A DNA stretch of 56,736 bases from Octopus sinensis (lineage: Eukaryota): NCBI RefSeq assembly GCF_006345805.1, contig NW_021833674.1, positions 1 through 56,736 of the forward strand. The letters are read 5' to 3'. Each line of letters opens with the position of its first letter. Positions within the stretch are counted from its first letter, which is position 1. The notes beneath the pieces are model-generated. The model was not told where the DNA came from. It made no database searches and worked only from the letters and a program-made list of their open reading frames with translations. This document shows positions 1-12,758 of the stretch, piece after piece. Made by a program: the position numbers and the translations under genes.

Positions 1-165
1 TAAGCAAGTTTCTTTTTTATTCGATGCAACCATAAGCCATATATTTATGTATACATCACTAGTAATCTTCAAATCCTCACAAACACATATCTAGTGACCG
101 GTATGTTTTGCAAACCAATCAAATTAGACAGCTTATTTTGTGTATTTGAATTTCTTCAAGATATA

Positions 166-1042
166 CCTGATTTGATCAATAAGTATCCGGGCTGTTGCCA
201 TAGTAACTAAGTTAAAGCACACGGTGTAAAGTCGATTGAGCTGAGATTGACATTGAACTCTGCTGTTCATTCGCACTATATTTTAACGTTCTAACTCACG
301 TCCACCGTTTACAGCAGTGCTTGGAAACTAACGTGTGTAGCGTGTGATTGTCGCATTGACCATGACAGAGAAAGTTGAGCTGAGAATCTGCATCAAATCT
401 TGCCAAAAGCTTGGCGATACCTGTTCAGAGGCCTACATGTAGTTTTCAAATAGTTTTCATCGTTCTCGACACAATCAAGGAAATCTTGTGCAACTGAAAC
501 CCGAGTGTCTTTTTGGTAAGCCGAAAACAATTTTGGCACAAACTTGGCAGATATGCATCTCATACCCTATTCTTCAGTGGTAATGGACTGAACTGAACCG
601 TAACTAGTCTGCACATCCTCTGATAACTCACGGATGGTGATTCGACGATTTCCCCTCACAACTGCACGCACATCTGCTATGTTTTTTCTCAGCTCTGCTA
701 GTTGCGGGTCTCCGAGAACAATATCAATATCGATATCTTTGGGGCCATCTTAGAAACGTCTAAACCACTCGTACGCTTGTGTATGGTTCATACACTCCTC
801 TCCATAAACTTTCTGCAACTTTGCGTGGGCCTCTGAGCAGCTATCACAATGACAACTTTCCCTGTCACGATCAACACGACGATTACACGCTACACACCTT
901 CCTTCCAAGCACTGCTGTAAACACCCAATATAATTTAGAACGTTAAAACTTAGTTCGCATGCACAGCAGAATACGAGCTCGATCTGTGTGCTTTAGCTTC
1001 GTCACTATCGCAACAGTCCGGATACCTATTGACCAGACCTCG
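166..1042. mobile_element. Mariner-derived fold-back element made of two inverted 5' ends
   Basis: TA at 164-165 and 1043-1044. The start (CCTGATTTGATCAATAAGTATCCGGGCTGTTGC) matches the reverse complement of the end (CGAGGTCTGGTCAATAGGTATCCGGACTGTTGC), and homology extends ~280 bp. Plus strand from 362 reads MTEKVELRICIKSCQKLGDTCSEAY, a mariner transposase N-terminus. Confidence 0.85.
474..845 (-). pseudogene. Mariner transposase N-terminal HTH/linker remnant
   Basis: Minus strand reads CSEAHAKLQKVYGEECMNHTQAYEWFRRF*DG...VRAVVRGNRRITIRELSEDVQTSYGSVQSITTEE*GMRCISAKFVPKL, with stops and frameshifts. AKFVPKL is the WVPHEL-equivalent linker. Confidence 0.85.
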
Positions 1043-1199
1043 TATTTCGACTATCAGAACAATTTAAATTCAAATTTTCAACACAACCGTCGGACGAACG
1101 GTAACGTGGAACTCTGACTAAGTTCCATGATACTTTTGCAGCTTTAATAAAAAACATATTTTCCACCTTCTTTTGCACTTCCGTTCTCATCTATGTAGC

Positions 1200-1750
1200 T
1201 GTGTGTGTGTGTGTATACATAAATATATATATATATTATATATATATATATATATGCTGTATTAGGCAACTATATCTATCTATCTACCTATCTATCTATG
1301 TATCTATCTATACATATATATATATATAATTATAGATGTATAAATATATATTAATACATATATATATATGAATATACGTTAAGACGCAACACACTCACAC
1401 GTGTATGCATGTGTACATATATTTATGTGTGTGTATATAAATGTAAGTAGATAAATCGATTGATAGATAGATGGATAATAGATAAACAGGTAAGTCGGTA
1501 GGTTGGTATGTATGTATGTATTTAGGTATGTAGGTATGTAATGTAGGTAGGTAGGTAGGTATGTAGGTAGGTAGGTAGGTAGGTAGGTAGGCAGGCAGGT
1601 AGGTGGGTAGATAGGTAGGTAAGTAGACAGATGAGTCTTTGGAATATATGCAGGTATAATTTTACACAAACACACACACACACACATACACACACTCTCA
1701 CACACGCACGCACATGCACACCTACAGTGACATACACACTCACACTCACA
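1200..1750. repeat. Compound microsatellite (TG/TA/TATC/TAGG/CA)
   Basis: Directly visible simple repeats. Confidence 0.95.
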
Positions 1751-2154
1751 AATCGTAAGCATTTCTATACTTACCGTAGATAAAACCGGATTCCATATTT
1801 CCAAGTATTATCGTATAAAAGAAAGCGCAAAATCATGAAACTCGCTTAGAAGAGAAATTTTAAATTTAATACTTTCTTTGCCTCTATTTTCGTCTTGTTG
1901 CGAAGTATTTGAAGAAAGCTACAATACAGCTTACATACGTAATCCTTAATACTACTCGGATATAGTTGGAAGACATTTTTTGTTTCGTTGTTTTACTATA
2001 GCAGAGTTAGTAGAAAACATCTGTGAGAGGATTCCATAGAAAATAATGCAAAGTTGTATTTAGTTTTTATGTTTCGACACACACAAGAATACAGGTAAGT
2101 ATTAAGGATTTGGTTTTGCTTTTTCATCCTTTCGCGATGTATGTGTTTGCGTTC

Positions 2155-2168
2155 ATGTATGTATGCGT

Positions 2169-2237
<69 letters not shown>

Positions 2238-2280
2238 TGTGTCTGTGTGTGCGTGTGTGTGTGCGTGTGTGTTTGTGCGT
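2155..2280. repeat. (TG)n microsatellite
   Basis: Directly visible. Confidence 0.95.
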
Positions 2281-2303
2281 TTACATATGTATCAATCTAC
2301 ATA

Positions 2304-2746
2304 GGCGACGAGCTGGCAGAAACGTTAACACGCAGGGCGAAATGCGTAACCGTATTTCGTCTGCCGTTACGTTGTGAGTTCAAATTCCGCCGAGGTCGAC
2401 TTTGCCTTTCATCCTTTCGGGGTGGATAAATTAAATACCAGTTACGCACTGGGGTCGATGTAGTCGACGTAATACCTATGTCTGTCCTTGTTTGTCCCCT
2501 CTGTGTTTAGCCCCTTGTGGGCAATAAAGAAATAAGAAACGTTAGCACGCCGGGCGAAATGCTTAGCGGTATTTCGTATGCCGCTACGTTCTGAGTTTGA
2601 ATTCCGCCGAGGTCAACTTTTCATCCTTTCGGGATCGATTAAACAAGTACCAGTTACGCATTGGGGTCGATGTAGTCGACTTAATACCTATGTCTGTCCT
2701 TGTTTGTCCTCTCTATGTTTAGCCCCTTGTGGGCAATAAAGAAATA
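2304..2746 (+). mobile_element. tRNA-head SINE family A, dimer
   Basis: A-box-like TGGCAGAAACGTTA, B-box GAGTTCAAATTCC, core GCCTTTCATCCTTTCGGGG and tail CCCCTTGTGGGCAATAAAGAAATA. The second unit restarts at AAACGTTAGC (~2537). More than 10 related copies occur in the window. Confidence 0.9.
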
Positions 2747-2871
2747 GACACATGCAACATACTTATATACATACATACATACATTTATAAATACATACAC
2801 ACTGACATACATATATGCACACAAGCAAAAATAAATAAGTTCATACATACATGAAGACACGCATCGTACAT

Positions 2872-3214
2872 GCGCACACAACATCATAAGCGGAAAGTGT
2901 AACCTCTCGAAAGAGCTGTTCTTCACTCCTGCTCCAGAGCGTCGGCTGCGGGGTCACTCCAAAAAGCTCTATCTGCGACAATTTCATCTAAATCGAAGGA
3001 GAAGGGCTTTCTCCGTCCGGGTTGCAGATCCGTGGAATAAGCTGCCGGACGAGATAGTGAAGGTGCCGACGACCGCTCGGTTCAAAGTCTCCCTTGACCA
3101 CAAATGGCCTGAACTCTTCGCATGAACACCACCCTGTACATAACTCCATGTCCCCCTACATGATCTTGCTTTTTGCTTTTTGAGCCAAAAAATTAACTTA
3201 ACTTAACTTAACTA
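2872..3214 (+). mobile_element. CR1-type LINE 3' fragment
   Basis: Translates ...SKELFFTPAPERRLRGHSKKLYLRQFHLNRRRRAFSVRVADPWNKLPDEIV...FKVSLD...*, the CR1 ORF2 C-terminus (RGH, F..RV...WN.LP). Ends in a short (TAACT)n tail. Confidence 0.85.
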
Positions 3215-3640
3215 AGTCGGATAGAAGCGATAGGCCCTCCTGATGACAATATGTCTTCTACAATGAACGATAAAGAGAATCCCTATGACCAGAGCCTTTG
3301 AAACCATCAGATTCCATACACAGATGATAAATTCATATTTATACCAGTGAATATTGATGCAATTGGTCTTGTGAGAAAATGGCTGAGTGAGAATCTGCAT
3401 CAACTGGGACTTTCACAAGAAATTCGAAATCAACCAGTTACCTCGTACGCAATACGTTTGCAGTCTGTAAGCGGAACGATATAAATATGCATAACTTTTC
3501 TGAAGTTCAAAATGTGACGTTGTTTTCGTTATCTATATTCCGACGATGGACCATTGTATCTTTGTTAGAAGACAATTCCTTCCTTAGAGGGGGGCATTAA
3601 ATAATTAAAACAAGAGAATATACATACATACATACATGTG

Positions 3641-3689
<49 letters not shown>

Positions 3690-3900
3690 CACGGGAAGCT
3701 TTATGAAAATAAACAAAAGACGAAGGCAGGTGGAATACAAACAAACAATTGCATTAGTATGACGCTCAGGAATATATATAAAAGAAGTCTTTTACGTTTC
3801 GAGCCTACGCTCTTCAACAGAAAGATACACAGAAAAGAAACACGGAGAGAAACAAGGAGAGAAAAAAAATGCGTGCAGAGGCTAGCGAATCAACATGAGA
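3690..3900 (-). mobile_element. (TA)n-embedded module with a hammerhead-like motif (probable Penelope pLTR fragment)
   Basis: Flanked by TA tracts. Minus strand 3789-3824 reads CTTT-CTG-TTGAAGA-GCGTAGGCTC-GAAAC-GTA-AAAG. Related segments lie at 14312-14405 (opposite strand) and 55480-55615. Confidence 0.55.
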
Positions 3901-3919
3901 TAGTTAGATAAGTAGATAG

Positions 3920-4030
3920 TTAAACATAGATAAATATATACACACGTATACATGTATATATACATATATGCACACACCTCACACACGTATGTATATATGC
4001 GCACACATAATGTATATATATATACAAATA

Positions 4031-4083
<53 letters not shown>

Positions 4084-4386
4084 TATTATATATACGCACC
4101 CATATATATACATATATTATGTACATATATATATATATCTATATATATTATATATTATACATATAATCATATGAAAGGGAAATGGAATTTAATTAAAATT
4201 AAAACATTCAATCAAAATTTATATTTCCAGTGGCCTAACGTGCAAAATAATTAGTCAAGAAGACTATATATTAGTCATACGATATAGTGTATATTTAAAA
4301 TACATAAGGACTCCCTTATAGCGTGCCGAATTCCCTATAAGTGGATTACTTATATATATATATTATAATACATATATATATTATAT

Positions 4387-4418
<32 letters not shown>

Positions 4419-4464
4419 ATAAATATATACATATATATACTATATATATGTATATCTAATATAT

Positions 4465-4517
<53 letters not shown>

Positions 4518-4591
4518 GATATATATATATATTATATATATATATAATATATATATATATATCTATATATATATAGAGAGAGAGAGGAGAG

Positions 4592-4635
<44 letters not shown>

Positions 4636-4654
4636 GATTGATAGATAGATAGAT

Positions 4655-4692
<38 letters not shown>

Positions 4693-4716
4693 CAGGCGAT
4701 AGATGATAGATAGATT

Positions 4717-4750
<34 letters not shown>

Positions 4751-4803
4751 AATAGATAGATATCGCTAGATAGATAATAGATAATAGATAGATAGATAGA
4801 TAG

Positions 4804-4835
<32 letters not shown>

Positions 4836-4845
4836 GTGTGTGTTA
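3920..4845. repeat. (TA)n/(GA)n/(GATA)n microsatellite block with an embedded ~190 bp module (4150-4350)
   Basis: Directly visible. The module shares CCAGTGGCCTA...AATTAGTCA with the reverse complement of 42990-43060. Confidence 0.9.
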
Positions 4846-5474
4846 CAGTAATTGAAACAACGTCTAAGTGTGGGGTCTCTAACGTTCTGAAGAGAACTTC
4901 ATCAGTTGTTCACCGATTGTTTACCTCGTGAGGTTTGTAACAGAGTTCCTTTCTAATTATGTCTTAGAAATTTGTTTACATTCTTCATAAAAAATAAAGC
5001 AATCTAACTTAATCGACATCAAAGCTACGACATTTTCTATATAATCGCATTTCTTTCCCCTTTTCAATAACTCTCGCTCTTTTAATAATTATTTCCTTGG
5101 CTATTTCACTTTTAATCAGGTTTATTTTCGTGTTAATACTTTCTAATGAAATATCAAAAATAGGAAAAAAAAAAAAGAAAAAAAACTACGCTAAACTCCG
5201 AATCCGAATTCTTGTTATTTTTGTTTTTCGAGCGTATCTTCAATCTGATGAAATGATTGTAAACAACAACTCTCCGGAGTTATATTTTACATATTTATAA
5301 CCATCGTCGTGATAGGTCGCCTACACAATAGTGATACAATATTATGTGTTTCAAGTTAATGAATTGGATTTTCTAACATCGGTTTTTAATTAATATCCAG
5401 CGGAATTCATCAAAAGCTCGTGGTAAAGGTTTAATTCAGTGTTATCATCAGTAGCTTCTTGAGGTGAGATATAT

Positions 5475-6034
5475 TCTCTTTTCTACTCTAGGCACAAAGT
5501 CCGAAATTTTGGCAGAGGGCTAGTTGATTAGATCGCGCCCGGTGTGTAACTGGTACTTAATTAATCGGACCCGAAAGGATCAAAGGCAAAGTCGACCTCG
5601 GTGGAATTTGAACTCAGAACGTAAACACAGACGATATACATATGTCTTTACTACCCACAAGGGGCTAAACACCGAGAGGACAAACAAGGACAGACGAACG
5701 GATTAAGTGCGGAAATGGTACTTATTTAATCGATTCCGAAAGGATGAAAGGCAAAGTCGACCTCGGCGGAATTTGAACTCAGAACGTAGCAGCAGACGAA
5801 ATACCTATTTCTTTATTACCCACAAGGGGCTAAACACAGAGGGGACAAACAAGGACAGACATAGGTATTAAGTCGATTACATCGACCCCAGTGCGTAACT
5901 GGTACTTAATTATAGACCCCGAAAGGAAGAAAGGCAAAGTCGATCTCGGCGGAATTTGAACTCACAACGTAACGCTGACGAAATACCGCTAAGCATTTCG
6001 CCCGGCATGCTAACGACTTTGCCAGCTCGCCGCC
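5475..6034 (-). mobile_element. SINE family A trimer ending in an alternative tail
   Basis: Three successive GGCAAAGTCGACCTCGGCGGAATTTGAACTC units with the head at 6034. The terminal unit has the alternative ...TGTGCCTAGAGTAGAAAAG tail. Confidence 0.88.
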
Positions 6035-6272
6035 TTTGTGTCTAGCCCCTTGTGGGTAGTAAAGAAATAAGAAACGTTAGTACATCGGGTAAAATGCTTA
6101 GCAGTATTTCTTCCGTCTTGACGTTCTGAGTTCAAATTCTGCCGATGTCGACTATGCTTTTCATCCTTTTGGAGTCGATAAAATAAGTACCAGTTGATCA
6201 GTGGGGGGTCTATGTAATCGGTTTAACTCTCCCCTGGAATTGCTGGCCGTGTGCCAAAACTCGAAATCAATA
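6035..6272 (+). mobile_element. SINE family A (tail remnant plus second unit), inverted relative to its neighbour
   Basis: GCCCCTTGTGGGTAGTAAAGAAATAAG-AAACGTTAG...GAGTTCAAATTC...CTTTTCATCCTTTTGGAGTCGATAAA. Confidence 0.8.
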
Positions 6273-6282
6273 TTAATTGATT

Positions 6283-6468
6283 AATAAGAAATTTATCAAC
6301 CTCAAAAGGATGAGAGGCAAAGTCCATCTCGGTGGAATTCGAACTCAGAATTCCGCCGAGAACGTAAAGTCTCAGATCTTACGTAAAGTCTGAAGAACGT
6401 AAAGTCGGAGAAAATGTCACGAAGAATTTTGCCCAGTGTGCTAACGATTCTGCCTCCAGCTTACCGCC
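6283..6468 (-). mobile_element. Degraded SINE family A with an internal rearrangement
   Basis: AAGGATGAGAGGCAAAGTC...GAATTCGAACTCAGAA...GTGCTAACGATTCTGCC; ACGTAAAGTC is repeated three times. Confidence 0.75.
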
Positions 6469-7356
6469 TCAGATTATTTATAAATATCAACCATCTCTAC
6501 ACTGAACGTTGTTGTTGGTTTTTTAACCCCAGGACAAAAACACGAATCGTCGCAACCAACAATCAAAAGCATACTAGACATATATTTACGAGTTTATTTT
6601 TCGACACCGCGTATATCCAGATGAACAGGATAATGTAGGTCGAGGCATTACTTTCCTTCATATAATCGAATGACTGAATCCAGCTTTCGGGATTTGATGA
6701 TTTTAGGCTGAAAATTTTACGAGATTTCGTTGATGTATTTAACAACCATGATCTTTAGTTAACCTGCAGATTGGATTCTACCCATTGTAATGAATACAGA
6801 ACAAATCTTTGAAAGAACGACACATTAATCTATTATTCAATTATACCGCCATCTTAGCTCTGTATCCAAATTAGTATCCTTGATGGCCGTTCATCACATT
6901 CTAAACAGCCATTTAACTAGAGAATCTATATGTTACTATCACCAATGCAGTGACAACCAATTAATTTAATCAATAATTAATCCCAATTTGAAACTTCTTC
7001 AATGAAGTAGAGTGTCTTTCAAGCATCGGTTCCTTCTCTTTCAAGTAGTACCTGAATTTCCCTGAAGTCATATTGCAGCAGAGGCTACCAGACTGTGTGA
7101 CCCTATAATCTAGCGCTAATAATCTACAAATTAGTCGTCAAATAATAAATAACAAATTGGATTTAACTTTTTAATAAGTATTTTCGCTACGAAGTATATT
7201 TTATATCTGACATTTCTGTACGAAATTCGACGCATTACAGATATCACGTGATGTTATAATTAATAGCGAAAGAAACGAAATTAATTCGTCACGATTTTAA
7301 ACACACACACGCAACACACATACACGCGTACAGACACACACACACACACACACACA

Positions 7357-7682
7357 CGTGGCTCAGTGGTTACAGCATCGGGCTCACAATCATGCGGTAG
7401 GGAGTTCGATTCCTAGACTGGGCTGTGTGTTCTGTTCTTGAGCAAGACACTTTATTTCACGTTGCTACAGTTCACTCAGCTGTAGAAATGAGTTGCAACG
7501 TCATTGGCGCCAAGCTGAATCAGCCCCCTTTGCCTTTCCCTTGGATAATATCGGTGGAGTGGAGAGGGGTGGCCGGTATGCATGGAGGACCGCTGGTCTT
7601 CCATAAACAGCCTTGCCCGCAATTGTGGAACTCTCTAGGTGCAATCCCATGGTCATTCACGAGCGAAGGGAGTCTTTACCCT
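7357..7682 (+). mobile_element. tRNA-head SINE family C
   Basis: A box TGGCTCAGTGG, B box GAGTTCGATTCC, then TTGAGCAAGACACTTTATTTCACGTTGCT...CACTCAGCTG, shared with 14855-15091, 29455-29680 and 48213-48465. Confidence 0.8.
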
Positions 7683-7709
7683 ATATATATATATATATAT
7701 TCTCTCACT

Positions 7710-8128
7710 AATACTAGTACTACTATAACTACTACTACAACCACCATCACCACATCCTCCACCACCACCACCACCACCACCACCACCACTGCAACTACTA
7801 CTACTACTACCATCACTACTACTACTACTACAAATACTACAACTACCACCACCACCACCACAACTACTACTACTACTACTGCTACCACCACCATCACAAC
7901 TACTACTACTACTATTACTACAACCACCACCACCACCACCATCACTACTACTACTATTACTACTACCACTACTACTACTACAACTACTACAACTACTACT
8001 ACTACCACTACTACCACCACCACCACCACCACCACCACCACTACTACTACACTACTACTACTAGTACTACTACTACTGCAACTACTACTACCACTACTAC
8101 CACCACCACCACCACCACCACCACCACC

Positions 8129-8200
<72 letters not shown>
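7710..8200. repeat. (ACT)n/(ACC)n trinucleotide array
   Basis: Directly visible; explains the poly-Thr/Val ORFs. Confidence 0.95.
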
Positions 8201-8369
8201 GCGTCTTCCACTTCTTCCCAGATATTTCGCTGAATGACAAGATTAGATCATAATACAAAATTAGTCTCTCACAAAAGCCGACTCTGTTGGAAGACAAATC
8301 GCATCTCTTGAATGGCGTCGTTTGCATGGAAATGGACGTTAAACGGGAAACCTTCTAGGTGAAAATCAC

Positions 8370-8618
8370 GTTCGTCATCATCATCCTCCTCCTCACCATC
8401 ATCCATATGATTGCCATCCACCTCATCTTCTCCCTCCTCATCATCATCGTCATCAACCACTTCGTCGTCATTACTGTCACAACCACTTCCACTACAGCCG
8501 CCACCACCACTACCATCGCTACTAACATACCTGATACGACCACCAACACCAGAACCACCACTATAACCATCATGGCCGTCGTCGTCATCGTCTCATCCTC
8601 AAGCATCATCATCAACAA

Positions 8619-8649
<31 letters not shown>

Positions 8650-8891
8650 GTTATAATCATCATCATCATAATCATCATCATGATCATGATCATCATCATC
8701 ATCATCTTCAACATCATCATCATTATCATCATCATCAACATCATCATCATTATCATCATGACCATCCTCATCATCATCACTATCACCACCATCATCACCA
8801 TCATCATCAACATCATCATCATCATCATCACCATCATCTTCATCATCCTCCTCCTCCTCATCATCATCATCATCATCACCACCATCTTCAA

Positions 8892-8938
<47 letters not shown>

Positions 8939-9033
8939 ACATCGTCATCATCGTTATAATCATCATGATCATCATGATCATCATCGTCGACGTCGTCGTA
9001 GTCGTCACCATCATCGTTATAACCATCATCTCT

Positions 9034-9067
<34 letters not shown>

Positions 9068-9075
9068 CTATCATT
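8370..9075. repeat. Degenerate (ATC)n trinucleotide array
   Basis: Directly visible; explains the poly-Asp/Met/Ile ORFs. Confidence 0.95.
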
Positions 9076-9444
9076 GTAGCAAAACAGCATAGAGGCAGTA
9101 GCAGGAGCAGCAACCGCAGTAGCAGCAGCAGCGACGGAAATAACAGTTGTATGATGAGAGGTTTCCTTTTGTCCGTTGTCGTCGCCATATTGGTCATTGA
9201 TATTTGCTTGTTGTCGTCTGCAGAACAATGACGGAGAGGATGATATGAATCTCTGCTGATTGAATATTTCAGGAGCCTATCCATTCGGTACTTGGCTTAT
9301 TGATATTTGGTGCCAATTAAAAAATATTCCTTGGTGAAAACATGGACAAATATGGACCGATGCTACGTCAATGCAGCAGTCAACGGCCGGAGGGGGCTAG
9401 CGATGGTAAATGCAAAACTGGATGCAGGTAGGAATGAAATACCA

Positions 9445-9513
9445 ACAATAATGACGATGATGATGATGATGATAATGATGATGATGATGATGATGATGAT
9501 AATGATGATGATT

Positions 9514-9549
<36 letters not shown>

Positions 9550-9622
9550 ATGATGATGATGATGACGATGATGATGTTAACGATAACGTTAATGTTACTA
9601 CTACTACTACTACTACTAATAC

Positions 9623-9701
<79 letters not shown>

Positions 9702-9778
9702 AAGAATGATAATAATAATGATAATAATAAAATAATAATAGTAATTATAATAATCATAATAATAATAATAATAGTAAT
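9445..9778. repeat. (GAT)n-(ACT)n-(AAT)n-(AAG)n compound microsatellite
   Basis: Directly visible. Confidence 0.95.
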
Positions 9779-10045
9779 CAGCAGTTGTAGTTGATGAAAA
9801 TAGGTAGCAGTAGTACCAATAATTGTCGGATCCCTAAGAACAGTGAGCAAAAATCTCGCGAAGTACGTGGAACAAATAGGGGCTGCAATAAGGGTGGAGC
9901 ACTTGCAGAAAACATCACTGCTGGGAACCGCTCGAATACTCCGGAAGGTGCTCGAAAAATAAGGAGAGTTACCTTAGTTCACTGGTTGTGAACAGCTGAC
10001 ACCACGGTACATCTCCAGCGTTAGAAGCTGTGCAAAAACAGTAAA
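9779..10045 (+). mobile_element. Dong/R4-clade (RLE) non-LTR retrotransposon 3' end inserted in (TAA)n
   Basis: Reads VAVVPIIVGSLRTVSKNLAKYVEQIGAAIRVEHLQKTSLLGTARILRKVLEK* (stop 9960-9962), the typical R4/Dong C-terminus (VP..VG.LG, LQK..LLGTARILRKVL). Flanked on both sides by (AAT)n, the known Dong target. Confidence 0.85.
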
Positions 10046-10075
10046 ATAATAATAAAAATGATAATAATAATAATA

Positions 10076-10126
<51 letters not shown>

Positions 10127-10145
10127 CAACAACAACAATAATAAT

Positions 10146-10697
10146 GACCTGATTCAGTACCAGACAGTGGCTCTCATGCCTCCTGATTTTAACTGATTGG
10201 AAGTGTTATCATGTACATTGTTTTGTCTTGGTATAAAAGATGGGCTACAGCAAATATTCTGCTCAATACCACAGATTTGCTTGTCAGTTGTTTGACCTTA
10301 ACCAGTTGACCATGTCCCTTAGTGGCTGATGATATGTGCATCTCTGATCATGAGCAGGAGTAATAGGGGAACATCATAGCCATGTGTTGAGAGGGATTCT
10401 TTGGGGTTTGAATAATTCACCTTTGGAAATATAGGTGTTTCGTTCAACATCCTTAAATAATCCTTATTCAGGGACCTTTTGAGCTGGATGGGCTACTCAA
10501 CCAGAAGACAATTCTAACTGGGCCCCACCTTGCAAGGTCATGCGCTGTTTATCTTTATATATCACCATATCGCGCACAAATGGTTGTGATGCATGTGCCT
10601 GGTGTACCCTTATCGGACGGGTAGTCATGATGGGTATACTGGGCTTGGTATATTTTACTCCAGTGTCTCTTTGATGGCATGCACTGCTCCCTCACTC
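10146..10697. mobile_element. Unclassified ~550 bp interspersed element embedded in (AAT)n
   Basis: Complex-sequence island bounded sharply by (AAT)n on both sides. No ORF recognised; family not identified. Confidence 0.4.
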
Positions 10698-10821
10698 AAT
10701 AATAATAATGATGATGATGATAATAGAAAATAATATTATTATTTATAGTAGTAGTATAGTAGTAGTAGGAGGAGGAGGAGGAGGAGAGGAGGAGGACGAG
10801 GAGGAGGACGAGGAGGACGAG

Positions 10822-10863
<42 letters not shown>

Positions 10864-10880
10864 GAGGAGGTGGAGGAGGA
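10698..10880. repeat. (AAT)/(GAT)/(GGA)/(GAGGAC)n microsatellite
   Basis: Directly visible. Confidence 0.9.
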
Positions 10881-11120
10881 TCGTCAAGGCTTGGCAATCG
10901 GCGAGAGCATTAGGCGCAGGGCCATTTAATCCATACAGTGGAGAAGATGGCAAAGGCTACGGCAGAAATTGGTAAATATGAACAAGGAACAACTGGCGTA
11001 AAAGGGTAAGATGTACTTAAAGAAACTCACTAGCTTTGGCTGTCAGCAAGTTTATATTTAGATCAAACCTACTTTTTATTTTTAAATCCTATATCCGTAT
11101 ATGCATATAGGTGTATAACT

Positions 11121-11176
<56 letters not shown>

Positions 11177-11215
11177 AAGATAGAAAATGCTAAAATAATT
11201 TTATAAAGAACATTT

Positions 11216-11251
11216 CAGTACCGGTTTCAGTCATTGAAACTTTTTCAACTG
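11216..11251 (-). ncRNA. Degenerate minimal hammerhead-like motif in a TA-flanked module (11173-11395)
   Basis: Minus strand: CAG-TTGAAAA-AGT(ttcaatg)ACT-GAAAC-CG-GTA-CTG, with stem I CAG/CTG, stem II AGT/ACT and palindromic ACCGGT stem III. The core deviates from CUGANGA. Confidence 0.45.
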
Positions 11252-11416
11252 TAACGATTAAATAATTAAATTTAGAAAAATTAAGAGAAAAGTTTTTTTA
11301 AAAGAATATTTGTATAGTGTTCAAATATAAGAGGCATTTTCCTTGTTTCTTTTCTCTGTCTCTCTTGTTCACACTTGTAGGTTCGAGGTCGTATATATAA
11401 AATGTTATATATATAA

Positions 11417-11813
11417 CTAGCAGTATCGCCCGGCGTTGCTCGGATTTGTAAGGGAAATAACTATATAAGCATTTTTAGAGAGTTATAGCAAAAAAATAGC
11501 AAAAGAATGCATTAAAAATGGAAAAAAAATTATGGTAAATATTTTTTAAAATCGTTGACTCATCGTAGACATTTTTAGAGAGTTACTTCCCTTATATCTT
11601 TAGCGAAAAAATGCATTAAAATGGAAAAAATGATGGTAATATTTTTTAAAATCGTAGACTCATCAAAGACGCGCGCTAATGCCCAGAAGGGCTCGATATG
11701 AATCACGACTATAAGATACCCGGTTTTGGTTAAACTACACCGCACAATATGGGAGTAGTTAGGAATCTAAATCGTAGGAGACAGACACACAACCTCTCTT
11801 TTATATATAAAGA
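11417..11813 (-). mobile_element. Non-autonomous Helitron
   Basis: Minus strand begins A|TCTTTATATATAAAAGAGAGGTTGTGTGTCTGTC and ends CCGAGCAACGCCGGG (hairpin) CGATACTGCTAG|T: 5' TC, 3' CTAG, A|T insertion site. Contains an internal ~110 bp duplication. Confidence 0.88.
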
Positions 11814-11847
11814 TAATATATAATATATAATATATAATATATAATAT

Positions 11848-11940
<93 letters not shown>

Positions 11941-12640
11941 TTCATTTGGCATAAAAGATACAGAATATTTCTGGAGAGAAAGATATACACACGTCTATTA
12001 TATGGCTCTTTTTTTTACTATCACGTGATAATACATATCTTATTAATATGCATATAGTTGCGGTTCCTCATATATTTTATTTATACGTATAAATTTGTTT
12101 CTAGGCATTATATTTCTTGTCCCCTTCGTACTTATCTTGTTTCTATGTTATTAACTCTGGCCATAAGTTCTGCTTACGTACACACACACACACATACACA
12201 AAAATATACACATACACAGACACATACACATACATACACACATACATACGTTCACATACATACACACACACACATACAACAAACACAGACATATTCTGAT
12301 AAATATTTTGTTTTCAGGCGGATATTTTCAGATTTTTGATTTTCTTCAGCACCAAAAATATGTGTGTGCGTGCATGTGTGTGTATGTGTATGTGTGCGTG
12401 TGCGTGTTTGTGTGTGTGTATGTGTGTGTGTGTGTTGGTGTGTGTGTGCGTGTGTGTGTATGAGAGCGTGTTTTACACCTGTATATGTGTGTACTTTGCA
12501 TAATGTAAAACCAGATTTACAAATGTGAATACGTATATACATTAACTAGTGCAGAAAATGTCAACGTACGTACACACATATACACAAACGCACACACACA
12601 CACACCACACACACACACACACACATACACATGTATGTGA

Positions 12641-12674
<34 letters not shown>

Positions 12675-12718
12675 TCACATACATGTATATATATGTTGTG
12701 TAAGTAGTGTTTGATATG

Positions 12719-12755
<37 letters not shown>
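11814..12755. repeat. (TA)/(TG)/(CA) microsatellite cluster
   Basis: Directly visible. Confidence 0.9.

Positions 12756-12758
<3 letters not shown>

Noticed and set aside
7357-7425. tRNA genes at SINE heads (also 38989, 49137)
   Set aside because: A/B boxes are present, but no full cloverleaf was seen and each continues into a repeated SINE body.
9273-9427. Possible exon (TTTCAG ... CAG|GTAGG)
   Set aside because: All three frames contain stops, no recognisable protein, no partner exons. Cannot be supported without RNA data.
7425-9850. Long ORFs (270, 309, 290, 209 aa) resembling mucin or acidic proteins
   Set aside because: They are trinucleotide microsatellites open in several frames on both strands, with no complex domain or splice context.
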